Source of the DNA: Scyliorhinus canicula
Taxonomy: Eukaryota
Assembly (NCBI RefSeq): GCF_902713615.1
Contig: NW_024055728.1
Coordinates: forward strand, 4,057,978-4,121,977
DNA length: 64,000 nt
Direction of reading: 5' to 3'
The notes under the pieces were generated by a model. That model was not told the DNA's origin and made no database searches. It saw only the letters and a program-made list of their open reading frames with translations. A program made the translations under genes and the position numbers. Below, piece after piece: positions 50,346 through 62,923 of the stretch (position 1 is the stretch's first letter; the number at the start of each line of letters is the position of its first letter).

Positions 50346-51015
50346 AGCGAACAGCGCGCCGCCGCGAAACACGTGTCTGCGGAAGAAGAAAATCCCCTGT
50401 GATAATAACAACGATGAAAATCTGTAAAATGTATCTGTACCAAATATGGTTCGACCAATCAAGTTGCGTTTTGAACTCAAGCGCATTTCATTAAATAGCT
50501 GAAAAATAATACGGATCAATTTTGAGTTAATCAATACCTGCAGCTCACAGACATGCCCCTTCAATTCAATGGGCACTGCACATATATGTATGCCGATGTT
50601 GCGATTTCAAATGCTTATTTAAAACAATATCTGTTACATTAAATCTCAGATGTCGTTGGGTCTTCCTCGAAGAATAATTGCAATTCTACCACTGTGATTT
50701 TTCTCTTAAACCTGGTTTTAACTCTGGTCCACACTATCCCGGGAAAGCTTTGTTTTGTCACTGTTGGAAAACTACTCGCCTTCCCCCTGGTCCCGAGAGG
50801 AGCAAAGACGACCAGGTCATCAAGACAACAGACATTTCCATTGTTATAGATTGGACAGTATTTTCAAAGGCAGGTCCGAGCGTTGCGCTCAATCGGTATA
50901 GAAACACTTACAGTTGTTGGATGATGCATTTAATGCAGTGTAAAATTGGGCTGTATTGCTCTTCGACCTTAATTTGGAATATTACGTTACCGTTTCCAAT
51001 ACCTCACTTGTTTAC

Positions 51016-51039
51016 CAGTAATCTGGTGGGATTGCGCAT
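51016..51039 (-). CDS. Candidate 24-nt stalk mini-exon (D)AQSHQIT of the Ig receptor
   Basis: atttcag|ATGCG...ACTG|gtaaac, frame-preserving phase 1-1; weak pyrimidine tract. Confidence 0.35.
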
Positions 51040-51399
51040 CTGAAATCGATATCATTTCTGCCTCACTCACTGACGTGCCTGCAGTAATCTAGCTGCTTTG
51101 TTATCGCATCAAAGAATTATTCCGGCATTAATTAAGAACATTTTGCCCATCGTCTCGACAACGGCCCCGTGAATGAGAACCATCACATTGTGCATTTCCC
51201 CTGCCCCTTCCCCGCACATCTGTGTATTGCTTCTATGGGTAACGCCATCCAGTGGCCTCCTGAGTGCTTCGATTGAAACTGCCACACCGACACTTTGAGG
51301 CAGTGCATTGCAGAACCCGAACTTTGAGAATGTTGTGTTTCAGAATCATTTTGTCTGCGATTCGACAGATAATCTGCTCTCGTTCGTTGTGTGAGCTAC

Positions 51400-52100
51400 A
51401 CCTGGGCGAAGCATTGGTATTCTCGTATAACAGTAGTTGAACGTAAGCGCCCAGGTACAGCGGGCGATAAAGAAGTCAAATGGTATGTCTGCCTTCATAG
51501 TGACATAATTTGAGTACAGGAATAGGGATGTTTTACTGCAATCATATAGAGCATTGGTGAGGCCACACTTGGAGCATTCTGCGCAATGCTGGTGCCTTTA
51601 TCTGAGGGAAAATGTCATTGCTATCGAGCGAGTGCGCGACTGTTTACTTGGGTGATTCCTGGGATGATAGATGGGGAGGGATTAAGTTGCTTGGTATTAT
51701 ATTGATTGGCGTTAGGAAGATTGAAGGGGTATTATAGAAACAGAAAATGATAAAGACGAGACAGGGTAGAATCAGAATCAGTGGTCCAGTTGGAGGGCAG
51801 CCCAAAACTGATGGGCCACAGTTTGAGGATACAGATTTATATCTCAGCAGAAATATGTTTCCCGAGAGCTTGATAAATCTGTGGAATTCACTACCAAGGG
51901 AAGTATTTGAGGCGAAAACGTTGTGTTATTTCAAGAAGGAATTTGAAAGAGCACTTGGGACAAAAGGGATCAAGCATTCTGGAATGAAGGTGGTATCAGG
52001 ACATGCCATTTATGATCAACCATGATCGTAGTGAAAGATGGACCAGGTTCAAAGGGCCGAATGACCTCCACCTTCAACTGTTTGATATGTATATTTCTGT
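51400..52100 (+). mobile_element. Old CR1 3' part
   Basis: YRALVRPHLEH..., INLWNSLPREVFEAK. Confidence 0.75.
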
Positions 52101-52149
52101 GTATAATTATCGGCTCTGTCCAGCCACATTCTCATATTGTGCACATGCG

Positions 52150-52730
52150 TCAAGTCTCCTCTTGGACAGTTTTCTCCAAATGACCCTCCAATCTAACCTC
52201 ATAACTGACGTTTCTCATCCCTGGAACCATTCTTGTGAACCCCTTCTGCATTCCCTGAACCACAACATTTAGAATTGAACACAGTACTCCACCTGAGGTC
52301 AAACTGGTGTATTATATCAGTTCTGCATAACTCACTTGCGCTTGCACTCTACGCCGCTCGTAATAAAGCCCAGAATACTGTACTCTAAATTATATTTTCA
52401 CTCAACATTTCCTGCTAATCTCACTGATCAGTACACTTATGCACCCAAGTCAATTTGCTCCTGCACAACCTCAAAAATTGCAGCGTATGTCGTCTGCCCA
52501 TATGCTGGCAGCCGAAATACACGAATCTGCATCCCAATTGGAATTCGCCCCCCACCTATCTATTCACGAAACTAAGTTGTCAGTGTACGTTTCAGACTCT
52601 GGTCTGTCCTCCTCCCAATTTTCAATGATTCAGCGTTCTGCACCATTCATTTCGCTTAGAAATCCTTCCCCCTGAACAGCAATCAAGTCTGTCACAATAC
52701 ATAAATAAAGCAATCCTTCCAGAAACATTA
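52150..52730 (-). mobile_element. Old CR1 fragment
   Basis: Reverse strand PQVEYCVQF...RFTRMVPGM. Confidence 0.65.
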
Positions 52731-52989
52731 TTTGACCTTTAACTCTCTGATTTTCCAGATCACTGTGTCGTCGAATATTTGGAGTTCCCTGTTTAAGTTT
52801 TCATTTCCTGACTGTCACCCATAATTTGATTCGCGGCATACCATTTTTCAGAAGTTGTAAGAGCCAGCTCAGGGTAAGTTTCCCTGGATAGGGATGTTGC
52901 CCTTCTATCCGTTTCAGCAGTTTTATAAATGTAATCTAAAGTACAGAGTCCTGCTAAACTGGCAAATGTTCAATCGTTTATATACTTGC

Positions 52990-53158
52990 GGGGGCAGTAG
53001 ACTGGGCTAAATGGCTGGCTTTTAAAGCAGACAAAGGCAGCCCAGCAGCACGGTTCAATTCCCGAACAGGCGCCGGAATCTGGCGACTAGGGGCGTTACG
53101 CAGTAACTTCATTTGAAGCCGACTTGTGACAATAAGCGATTTTGATTTCATTTCATTT
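52990..53158 (+). mobile_element. Short SINE (second family)
   Basis: GGTTCAATTCCC B box, ...acttgtgacaataagcgattttgatttcatttcattt tail. Confidence 0.8.
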
Positions 53159-53790
53159 CCAATGTTTCAACAGTGTCCAATAGTTTTAACTATTGTTATG
53201 TGAAGGATAAATTGGTTTAACGACGGAAAAATTGCCGAACGTCGATTCAATTCAAAATAACTACTGTTTATATATTGTGGCCGATTCAACGAATGTATTC
53301 AACGCTGAAAATGAAATGATAATTTTCATCTCTCCCCTTGAGCAGCGTAGAATATATGCATCCAGTCATTACCGACAATGAACCCTACCTTCAATACAAT
53401 GAGGGGACGACTCAATTTCGGACAGGGGAGGACTTTGAATACAGAAATTGCCTGAAAGTTAGCGGCATCTAAATTGAAAAACTACAACACACGTTACAAC
53501 GTTTGGTATGAGTTGGCCATACTGCATTGTTGGTAGCCATGCATGTGACTTTAATTTGAACTTCCCCCCCCCCCCTTTTTAACGATGCCATCATTATTTG
53601 AAGATGAAAGATGAGGGAGTGGTTGATACTGGCATTTAAAGATGCATGGAAACGATAAGGCCACACAGTCGACCACCCGCACTTGTTCCTTGCAGATATT
53701 CACTAAATGTTAGATCATTTAAAAACTAAATTAGTCTTCTCTTTGACTACAGTCGAAACAATAGAAATACTTTGAGATAAAGAAACTTGC

Positions 53791-54123
53791 CTGGCATTGA
53801 CATATCCAGTTCCTGATCATTCTCAGTCACCACAACATCTTTGCTCCATGGAGAATCCGTCCAATTTCCTCCAACATGTGTCTGATACCGGCAGCCGTAA
53901 CTTCCCAGATAATCATTTCCCGTAACGTTGACTTTGAAGGTCGCAGTTCGCTGATCGCCATTCATTTGATGAGATTGTATAGGTTCCATGCTCCGGTTTC
54001 TGTACAAGTGGAACATGCCCCCGGAGGAGCGAATGTCCCCATTGCATGAAATAAGAACAATTTCGCCACTTGAAGTCAGACCGACATTTTTGAATTTGTT
54101 GATAGTCGGTTGAGAAAGTCGAT
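53791..54123 (-). CDS. Ig domain 2 exon (membrane-proximal, C2-type, LRC-like)
   Basis: Acceptor ttttattttcctgttacag|; (D)RLSQPTI...GEIVLISC...FHLYRN...ATFKV...GSYGCRY...WTDSPWSKDVVVT...SMP; 333 nt phase 1-1 using donor CAG|gcaagt. Confidence 0.85.
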
Positions 54124-54206
54124 CTGTAACAGGAAAATAAAAATCAGAAACTTTTTGAAGCACAATGACAAATAAAAAATCTTGCGTGCAGACAATGTTG
54201 ATGAAT

Positions 54207-54990
54207 GTTGGAGTTACAGATATATTGGATATCTGTGGTTAGTGCAGTGAGGCTTCAGGGTCTAGGTTAGTGTGTGCTTCACTACTGCAGTAGTGTTTTT
54301 TAAACTCCAGATTTGAAATACAGCAGAGGGGTCGATTAAAGCATCGTGAAAGCTTGGTAAATGGACCTGCATTTAAATTAAGAGGGTTCCTTTCAGGTTC
54401 GTGAATTAGAGGCATTGTGATCAGATGAGTAAGATGGAGTAGCTAATGGGAGGAGCCAGGGGTCCAAGTAGTCAGCTGTTGAGGTTTCCAGCTTTAGCTA
54501 TTGGCAGCAAAGGGAACTGATCATGTTTCTGAAGAAAGTCAGCCGGATGATCTGCAGTATTCTGACAATGTGCCAGGCATCTCTCTTTCGCGCAGTCTCA
54601 AAATATCTCTTGCTCCAAGTAGAGTATTCAAGACATCTCTAAGCAGCAAATACTCCTGAGTCTGCGAACTGTATTTAAAGGTGGATTGTGACCTGAGGTA
54701 GCCTTGCTGTTCGAGTGGAAGTCAAGGTACCAGTTAAGAGTTATTGTGTCACTGCATTGATTGGAATTGTTTAAGGAGTAATTGTAAGCTATTTTATTTT
54801 GGTATGTTAATTACATTTCAATACTGTATTCACAATTAAGCGTTTTTTATATACCGTATCCTTTAACTTCGGAAAATTCCCCCAGGAACAGGATATCCTT
54901 TCCTCACTATCTTACGAATTAATAAAGCAATACATATTCGGGATTCCTTATGGGATCGCAGAAACCGTTGTGGTTTTTGGGCTCGAATGC
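54207..54990 (+). mobile_element. Probable solo LTR in the intron between the Ig exons
   Basis: Begins TGTTGGAG; 3' part similar to the 42555-42700 element; AATAAA at 54921. Confidence 0.5.
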
Positions 54991-55055
54991 ATGCCCTATT
55001 CCTAAGTAATAGCAATGTCGATTAAGTGCTCAGATAAATTATTTCGATAAGCTAC

Positions 55056-55346
55056 CTCCAATATTTATCGGTATGGGATGGCTCAAATTTGACCTCCTCC
55101 AGCCTTTTTCGCTCCAATCCAAGCATTCACAACTGTAGATTCCTCCAATGGCCACGGTGTCGTTATATTCAAGGTACGTCCTGCACTGCCGTTTGTCATA
55201 ATCCCTTCGATTTGTTGGATTCCGGTTGTGATAATATTGGATCCTTACGGCAGGACATTGACAACGACAATTCAAAGTTATATTCTCTCCGGTAAAAAAG
55301 TGTCCGTACGACGGAAACGAAGTTAAGTCTGGCAGCGGTAAATCAA
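55056..55346 (-). CDS. Ig domain 1 exon (membrane-distal, Cys-rich)
   Basis: Acceptor ctgtttgacttcag|; DLPLPDLT...GENITLNCRCQCP...GGIYSCEC...SNLSHPIPINIG; donor GAG|gtagc; 291 nt phase 1-1. Confidence 0.85.
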
Positions 55347-55504
55347 CTGAAGTCAAACAGATCAGATATTGAATACATTTCACCAATCGGCGTGCCAACC
55401 ATACAGCAGACCTAATTATTGGTTTGCCAGTAAGTCGTCTCACATTGACATTACAGAAGGGTCGCAATGTTGCTCGATCCGAGCTTTTAATTTTGCAATA
55501 CATA

Positions 55505-55840
55505 TACAGTGAAGAAGGAGACAATTCGGTCCACTGAGTCTGCACCGGCTCATGGAAAGAGCAGCCGACCCAACGTCCACACCTCCACCCTCTTCCCACA
55601 ACCCAGCAACCCCGCCCAACACTAAGCTCAATTTTGTACACTATGGACAATTTAGCATGGCCAATACACCGAACCCGCACAGCTTTGGATTGTGGGAGGA
55701 AACCGGAGCACCCGGAGGAAACCCACGCACACACGGGGAGAATGTGCAGACTCGGCACAGACAGTGACCCAGCGGGGAATCAAACCGGCGTCCAAGAAGC
55801 TGTGACGCAATTGTGCTGTCCATAATGCTACCGTGCTGCT
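55505..55840 (-). mobile_element. HE1-related SINE
   Basis: Reverse complement starts gcagcacggtagcattatggacagc. Confidence 0.9.
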
Positions 55841-56654
55841 CTAATTACCATGTAATATGTGTTATTAACGATAGAGAATAAAGCTTCGTAAACTTTCTTA
55901 CAACAGAACTGGTTCCAAAACCAGAATATACTGGACAATCCCAACATCTTGAGAATTAAATTAGCTAAATATTTTCGTCTGGATGGCTCTTTGTCACAAG
56001 TGGAGATAACTGGAAATAGCACCAAATTTATAAAGTTCTGGGCATAGGACTTTGAGCAGCGCCTCAAGATAGGGAGCCTTCCATGTTGGCAAATTGACAA
56101 AGATATCCTGGACAGAAAGACAAAAGGAATGTAAATGCGTGTGATTATGGCTAATGAGTATGCTGGCCGTGGCACATTAAAGACCTCAGAACATGTGAAT
56201 TGCAAATCAAAGGTAAGCAGGATACAAAATGCAAATTGGAGCTGGGAAAAGATGGACATAATGGGATCGGAGGTCCGCCCAGTGCACCATCTCTGCTTTC
56301 CACTTCCCTCTTGGAGTGTGACAACGGTGTGCTATCTTAACTGCAACATAACTGGTTTGTTCAACTGTTTCAACGTTAAACACTGTCGTTCACACGTGGT
56401 TAGTTCTGAATGTTGTTGCCAAATTGAATCTACAAGAAGAGGGCAGGTCGCAATCATTGCTCCGAACATAACTGGAAGACCGTCTGAGAGCACAAACATT
56501 GCCCAAGCATTTGAGGAACGTTGCACGCTGATTTATTTAACAGGTTATTTCCACCTTGTGTTATTCTCCTCACCAAGAATGAAAGCAATTAAATGATAAT
56601 ACGTTAGCCCAGCAACTGCAATTATTGTCTTCAGCTTTATAATCGTTTACTCAC

Positions 56655-56687
56655 ATATGTCCATTCCGAGAAGCCAGCCGAAATAAA
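56655..56687 (-). CDS. 33-nt leader (signal peptide part 2) mini-exon: xYFGWLLGMDI(F)
   Basis: Strong sites cttttcttttcag| and |gtgagt; phase 1-1; joins in frame to the Ig1 exon. Confidence 0.7.
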
Positions 56688-56829
56688 CTGAAAAGAAAAG
56701 GAATGAGAATTTAAAAAAAAACTGTAACGTGGATCATTCCGTTCACTCTCTCCACACATTGAAACTAACAGAATGTGGAGATAGAAACTCAAACTATTTC
56801 CTGAGCCGAAGACCGCTGTGGTTTAAGAG

Positions 56830-57950
56830 ACATACAGCTTTCAGCACATATTATGGTCTTCGGTCTATTCTGTCTCCACTGGCAATCATGCACCTATCTT
56901 TCCAATCTCATTTTCCAGCCCGTCAGTCCGTCCTCCTGTATACTGTAGAGTTTGAAGTGCTCATTAAAATGCTTCTTAAAATTCTGAGTGCTCTGGGCTA
57001 TACCATATTTTTAGGCAGTGGTTTCCAGGTCGAGGCACCCTCTGGGTGAATGGTTCTTCCTCAACCTCTTCTCCCATCTCCTGGTCCTGTCCTGTTGTTT
57101 ATAGATTTAGAGTACCCAATTTTTTTATTTTTTTTGCAATTAAGGTAATTTACCCTGCACATTCTGCTCTGGTTGCAGGGTTAAAATCCACGCAGACACG
57201 GCAAGAATGTTCAAACTCCACATGGATAATGATTCGAAGCCGGGATCGAACTGGGTCCTCTGCACCCTGAGGAAACATGCTAACCACTGCGCCACCGTGC
57301 TATCCCTTACCTTACACTGCGCCCTTTCCCTACATGGTTAATTACCCCGCCGTGAAGGGTATACGTTTCTTTCGAGGTGCCGTCTCTCCGTCTCTCATTG
57401 TTTTGTGCAGCTCAGTAAGATCGACCACCAGCCTCCTCTCCTCCGAGCGAAACCATCACAGACCATCCACCTTCTCCATAGCTTAAACACTACAGCTCAG
57501 GCAGACTGTTGGTGAATCTCCTATGCAACCTTTCTGGTGCAATAAAATTCTTCCCAGAATGTGGCGGTCAAAATTACACAGAGATCTAGTATGGACTGAA
57601 GTGTTTTTAAAGCTCCACCATGACCTCATGTGCTGACATCTAATGACTGAGCTAATACAAGGATGCATCCCATGTGATTGTGCCACCATCCTACAGGGAT
57701 CTGTGGACATGCACCGCAAGGTATCTCTGTTCCTTTGTAATTCCTAGCGTCCTGCCGTTCATTGAGTATTCCCTTGCCTCGCGTGTCCTCCCAAAATGCA
57801 TCACATCGCACATCTCAGGATTAAATTCCATTTTTTCACTGATCAGTCAATCTCAGCATCTCATTTATATAGTCCTGGATTCTAACGGTTTTCTCCTCGT
57901 TATTTACTGTTTTGTTTCTACGCAGACACTAGTTCACACTGAACTTCGGT
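56830..57950 (-). mobile_element. Old CR1 3' part with a SINE fragment (about 57110-57305)
   Basis: Degenerate CR1 3'UTR and MRCDAFWED (C.VMHFG region). Confidence 0.65.
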
Positions 57951-59992
57951 GCACGTCACACTAAATCTAAATCTCAATCGAATCTACCACACCACCAATT
58001 ATCTTGCTGTTGCGAATATTCTGATCATTTGATCAACTGGGTAGGGAGATGGTTGGGTTGAGATGGTTGTTGGAAGTTGTGTCAATCTTGGAAAATTGGA
58101 AGGTAAGGTAACTAATTCGGTGTTAATCTAATGATAAATACTTCCATTGACATCAACCATACGACCATAAGACCATAAGACATAGGAGTGGAAGTAAGGC
58201 CATTCGGCCCATCGAGTCCACTCCGCCATTCAATCATGGCTGATGGGCATTTCAACTCCACCTCCCAGCATTCTCCCCGTAGCCCTTAATTCCTCGTGAC
58301 ATCAAGAATTTATCTATCTCTGCCTTGAAGCCATGTTGCGTCCCGGCCTCCACTGCACTCTGCGGCAATGAATTCCACAGGCCCACCACTCTCTGGCTGA
58401 AGAAATGTCTCCGCATTTTTGTTCTGAATTTACCCCCTCTAATTCTAATGATGTGCCCACGGGTCCTCGTCTCCTCGCCTAACGGAAACAGTTTATTTGC
58501 GTCCACCCTTTCTAAGCCATGTATTATCTTGTAAGTTTCTATTAGAACTCCCCTTAACCTTCTAAACTCCAATGAATACAATCCCAGGATCCTCAGCTGT
58601 TCCTCATATGTTAGACCCGCCATTCCAGGGATCATCCGTGTGTATCTCCGCTGGACACGCTCCAGTGCCAGTATATCCTTCTTGAGATGTGGGACCCAAA
58701 ACTGGACGCAGTACTCCAAATGGGGCCTAACCAGAGCCTTATAAAGGCTGAGTAGCACATCGCTGCTTTTATATTCCAACCCTCTTGAGATAAATGACAA
58801 CATTGCATTCGCTTTCTTAATCACGGATTCAACCTGCATGTTGACCTTTAAGGAATCCTCGACTAGCATTCCCAGATCCCTTTGTACTTTGGCATTATGA
58901 ATTTTTTCACCGTTTAGAAAGTAGTCTATGCTTGGACTCTTTTTTCCAAAGTGCAAGACCTCACATTTGCTCACGTTGAATTGCATCAGCCATTTCCTGC
59001 CCACTCTCCGAAACTGTCTAGATCCTTCTGCGGCCTCCCCACTTCCTCAGCACCACCTGCCTAACCACCTAACTTCGTATCATCGGCAAACTTCGCTAGA
59101 ATGCCCCCAGTCCCTTCATCCAGATCATTAATATATATGGCGAACAGCTGCGGCCCCAATACTGAACTCTCTGGGACACTGCTGGTCACCGGCTGCCATT
59201 CCGAAAAAGAACCTTTTATCCCAACTCTATGCCTTCTGTCAGACAGCCAATCCTCAACCCATGCCAGTAGCTCACCTCGAACACCATGGGCCCTCACCTT
59301 ACTCAGCAGCCTCCTGTGTGGCACCTTATCAAAGGACTTGTAAATCCAGATAGACCACATCCACTGGGTTTCCCTGGTCTAACCTACTTGTCACCTCCTC
59401 AAAGAATTCTAACAGGTTCGTCAGGCACGATCTCCCCTTACTAAATCCATGTTGACTTGTTCTAATCCGACCCTGCTCTTCCAAGAATTTAGAAATCTCA
59501 TCCTTAACGATCGATTCTAGAATTTTACCAACAACCGATGTTAGGCTAATTGGCCTATAATTTTCCATCTTTTGTCTTGATCCTTTCTTGAACAACGGGG
59601 TTACAACAGCGATCTTCCAATCGTACGGGACTTTCCCTGACTCCAGTGATTTTTGAAAGATCTCAACCAACGCTTCCGCTATTTCTTCAGCCACCTCCCT
59701 CAGAACTCTAGGACGTAGGCCATCTTGGCCAGGAGATTTGTCAATTTTAAGACCTTTTAGCTTTTTTTAGCACCATCTCTTTTGTAATGGCAAACATACT
59801 CAACTCAGCCCCCTGACCCTTTATAATTTTTGGGATATTACTCATGTCTTCCACTGTGAAGACAGACGCACAGTACTTATTAAGTTCTCCAGCCATTTCC
59901 TCGTCTCTTATGTATTGAAATAAACTTTTACTATCATTTCTTATATTATTGGTTAGCGTGCCTCCATATTTGATCCTCTCCTTCCTTAGTTG

Positions 59993-60322
59993 TAGAACAT
60001 AGAACATCGAACAGTACAGCACAGAACAGGCCCTTCGGCCCTCGATGTTGTGCCGAGCAACGATCACCCCACTTAAACCCACGTAACCCGTAACCCAACA
60101 ATCCCCCCATTAACCTTACACTACGGGCAATTTAGCATGGCCAATCCACCTAACCCGCACATCTTTGGACTCTGGGAGGAAACTGGAGCACCCGGAGGAA
60201 ACCCACGCACACACGGGGAGGACGTGCAGACTCCACACAGACAGTGACCCAGCCGGGAATCGAACCTGGGACCCTGGAGCTGTGAAGCATTGATGCTAAC
60301 CACCATGCTACCGTGAGGCCCC
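59993..60322 (-). mobile_element. Young HE1-type SINE inserted in CR1 ORF2
   Basis: Full head gggcctcacggtagcatggtgg and (TTCTATG)n tail. Confidence 0.95.
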
Positions 60323-62112
60323 ATTGTCTCTTTGTTAACCTCTGTTTGTTTTCGTAGCCTTCCCAATCTTCTGTTTTCCCAGTGCTTTTGGCATCTTTAT
60401 TGTATCACTCTTTTTCTTTGATACATTTCCTGACCTCCTTTGTCAGCAATGGCTGTCTAATCCCTCCCTGGATAATCTTTCTTTTCATGGGGATGAACCT
60501 CTATACAGTGTCCTCAATTATGCATACAAACTCCTGCCATTTTTGCTCTACTGTCTTCCCCACTACGGTCTGCTTCCAGTCGATCTTCGCCAGTTCCTCT
60601 CTCATGCCCTCGTAATTATTTAACTGTAACGCCATTACATCCGATTTTGCCTTCTCTCTTTCAAACTGCAGATTGAACTCAACCATATTATGATCGCTGC
60701 TTCCTAAGTGTTCCCTTACTTTAAGATCTTTTATAAAGTCTGGTTCATTACATAGCACTAGGTCCAGAATAGCCTGCTCCCTTGTGGGCTCCATGACAAG
60801 CTGTTCCAAAAAGCCATCTTGTAAGCATTCCATGAATTCATTTTCTTTGGATCCACTGGCTACGTTATTTACCCAATCCACCTACATATTGAAGTCCCCC
60901 ATGATCACCGTGACTTTGCCTTTCTGACATGCCTTTTCTATTTCCCGGTACATGTTGCGCCCCTGGTCCTGACCACTGTTAGGAGGTCTGTACATTACTC
61001 ACATTATGGTTTTTTTTGCCTTTGTAGTTCCTCAATTCTACCCACACAGACTCCACATCATCCGACCCTATGTAGTTTAGTGCCATAGATTTAATTTTGT
61101 TCTTAACCAACAAGGCAACCCCACCCCCTAGGCCCACCTCCCTGTCTTTTCGATAGGTTGTATATCCTTGGATGTTTAACTGCCAGTCCTGAACCCCCTG
61201 CAGCCATGTCTCTGTGATGCCTGCCACCTCATAATCATTCACGATGATCTGTGCCATTAGTTCGTCTACTTTGTTACAAATGCTACGAGCATTCAGGTAA
61301 GGTGCCTTAATGCTAACTTTCTTATCATTACAGATATTGGAAGTCCTAAGATGTCCAAAGTTATCCTTCCTTTTTGTTGCATTCCTAGTCTGCCTCAAGC
61401 TTAAATCCAGCTGCCTACATGTTATCCTTCTGCGTATCTTGCCATTTAACTCCATGCCCCCTGTCGCTTTCACTTTCCCTTCCCCCCAACTCTGAAATTT
61501 AATGTCCTACTGACCACCCTATTTTTCCTCTTCGCTAGAGCACTGGTTCCAGATCAGTTCAGGTGGAGACCGTCCCAACGGTACAGATCCCACCGGTTCC
61601 AAAACTGATGCCAATGTCCCATGAAGTGGAACCCCTCTTTCCCACCACAATCCCTTAGCCACGTGTTTACTTCCCTAATTGTCTTATCCCTATGCCAATT
61701 GACACGTGGCTCGGGCAGTAATCCGGAGATTATGACCCTTGAGGACCTGTGTTTCAATTTTCTTCCTAGTGCTTGATAGTCCCCGAACAGATCCTCCACC
61801 CTAGCTTTACCTATGTTGTTAGTCCCAACGTGGACCATAACAACTGGATACTCCCCCTCCCGCTCCAATATCCTTTCAAGCCGGCCAGAGATGCACCCTG
61901 GCACCGGGCAGGCAACACACCATGCGAGTCTCCCGATCCGTCTTGCATAGGATACTATCTGTCCCCCTAATTATAGAATCCCCTATAACAACTACTTGTC
62001 TTTTTTACTCCCCCTTCTTGAATGGCCTTCTGTACCATGGTACCGTGGTCAGCTGGCTCATCCTGTCCAGAGCCCTTTTCTTCATCCATACAGGGAGCAA
62101 GAGTCTCATACC

Positions 62113-62445
62113 TAGAACATAGAACATAGAACAGTACAGCACAGAACAGGCCCTTCGGCCCTCGATGTTGTGCCGAACAATGATCACCCCACTTAAACCC
62201 ACGTAACCCGTATACCCGTAACCCAACAATCCCCCCATTAACCTTACACTACGGGCAATTTAGCATGGCCAAGCCACTTAACCCGCACATCTTTGGACTG
62301 TGGGAGGAAACCGGAGCACCCGGAGGAAACCCACGCACACACGGGGAGGACGTGCAGACTCCACACAGACAGTGACCCAGCCGGGAATCGAACCTGGGAC
62401 CCTGGAGCTGTGAAGCATTGATGCTAACCACCATGCTACCGTGAG
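62113..62445 (-). mobile_element. Young HE1-type SINE inserted in CR1 ORF1
   Basis: Near-identical to 59993-60322; apparent short target duplication ACCT (ctcatACCT|agaac ... gtgag|ACCTgttgg). Confidence 0.95.
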
Positions 62446-62923
62446 ACCTGTTGGACAAGGTCAAGGGCTGAGACTCTTGCACTCCTGAACTCAGGTTCCC
62501 CCTGCCTGCCTCACTTACAGTCACACTCTGAAGTCCCTGATCACTTACTGAATGTTAATTACTTAATCTCCCAGGTGTGACTGCCTCCTGAAACAAAGTG
62601 TCCAGGTAACTCTCCCCCTCCCGGATGTGCCGCAGTGTTTGAAGCTCAGATTCCAGATCATCAACTCTGAGCCGGAGTTCTTCCAGCAACCAACACTTGC
62701 TGCAGATGTGGTCATTGCCATTCACAAGGGGAACAGCCAGCTCCCACATTATACAGCTACAGCACATCACCTGCCCAGCCATCTCTGATTAGTTAATTAC
62801 TTTATTACTTTGTATAAATGTCAGTTAAAACAAAAACTTGGATACCTCTGCTATAGTCTTTTCCAACCTAGTTCTGGTTAACATATAAGAAAAAGAAAAA
62901 TAATAATGTAATAAGGCACTCAC

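Larger units (their letters stand above)
58158..62800 (-). mobile_element. Near full-length CR1 LINE (ORF1 zinc finger/coiled coil plus SGNH esterase; ORF2 APE-RT), frameshifted, with two nested SINEs
   Basis: ORF1 MAGQVMCCSC...HICSKC...LRVDDLESEL (62782) and VHVGTNNI...DGLHLN; ORF2 [38 protein letters not shown]; tail ccataagaccataagacatagg. Confidence 0.95.

Noticed and set aside
50538-50575. 38-nt exon-like segment between Ig2 and TM
   Set aside because: Not frame-preserving (phase 1 to 0) and lacks a pyrimidine tract.
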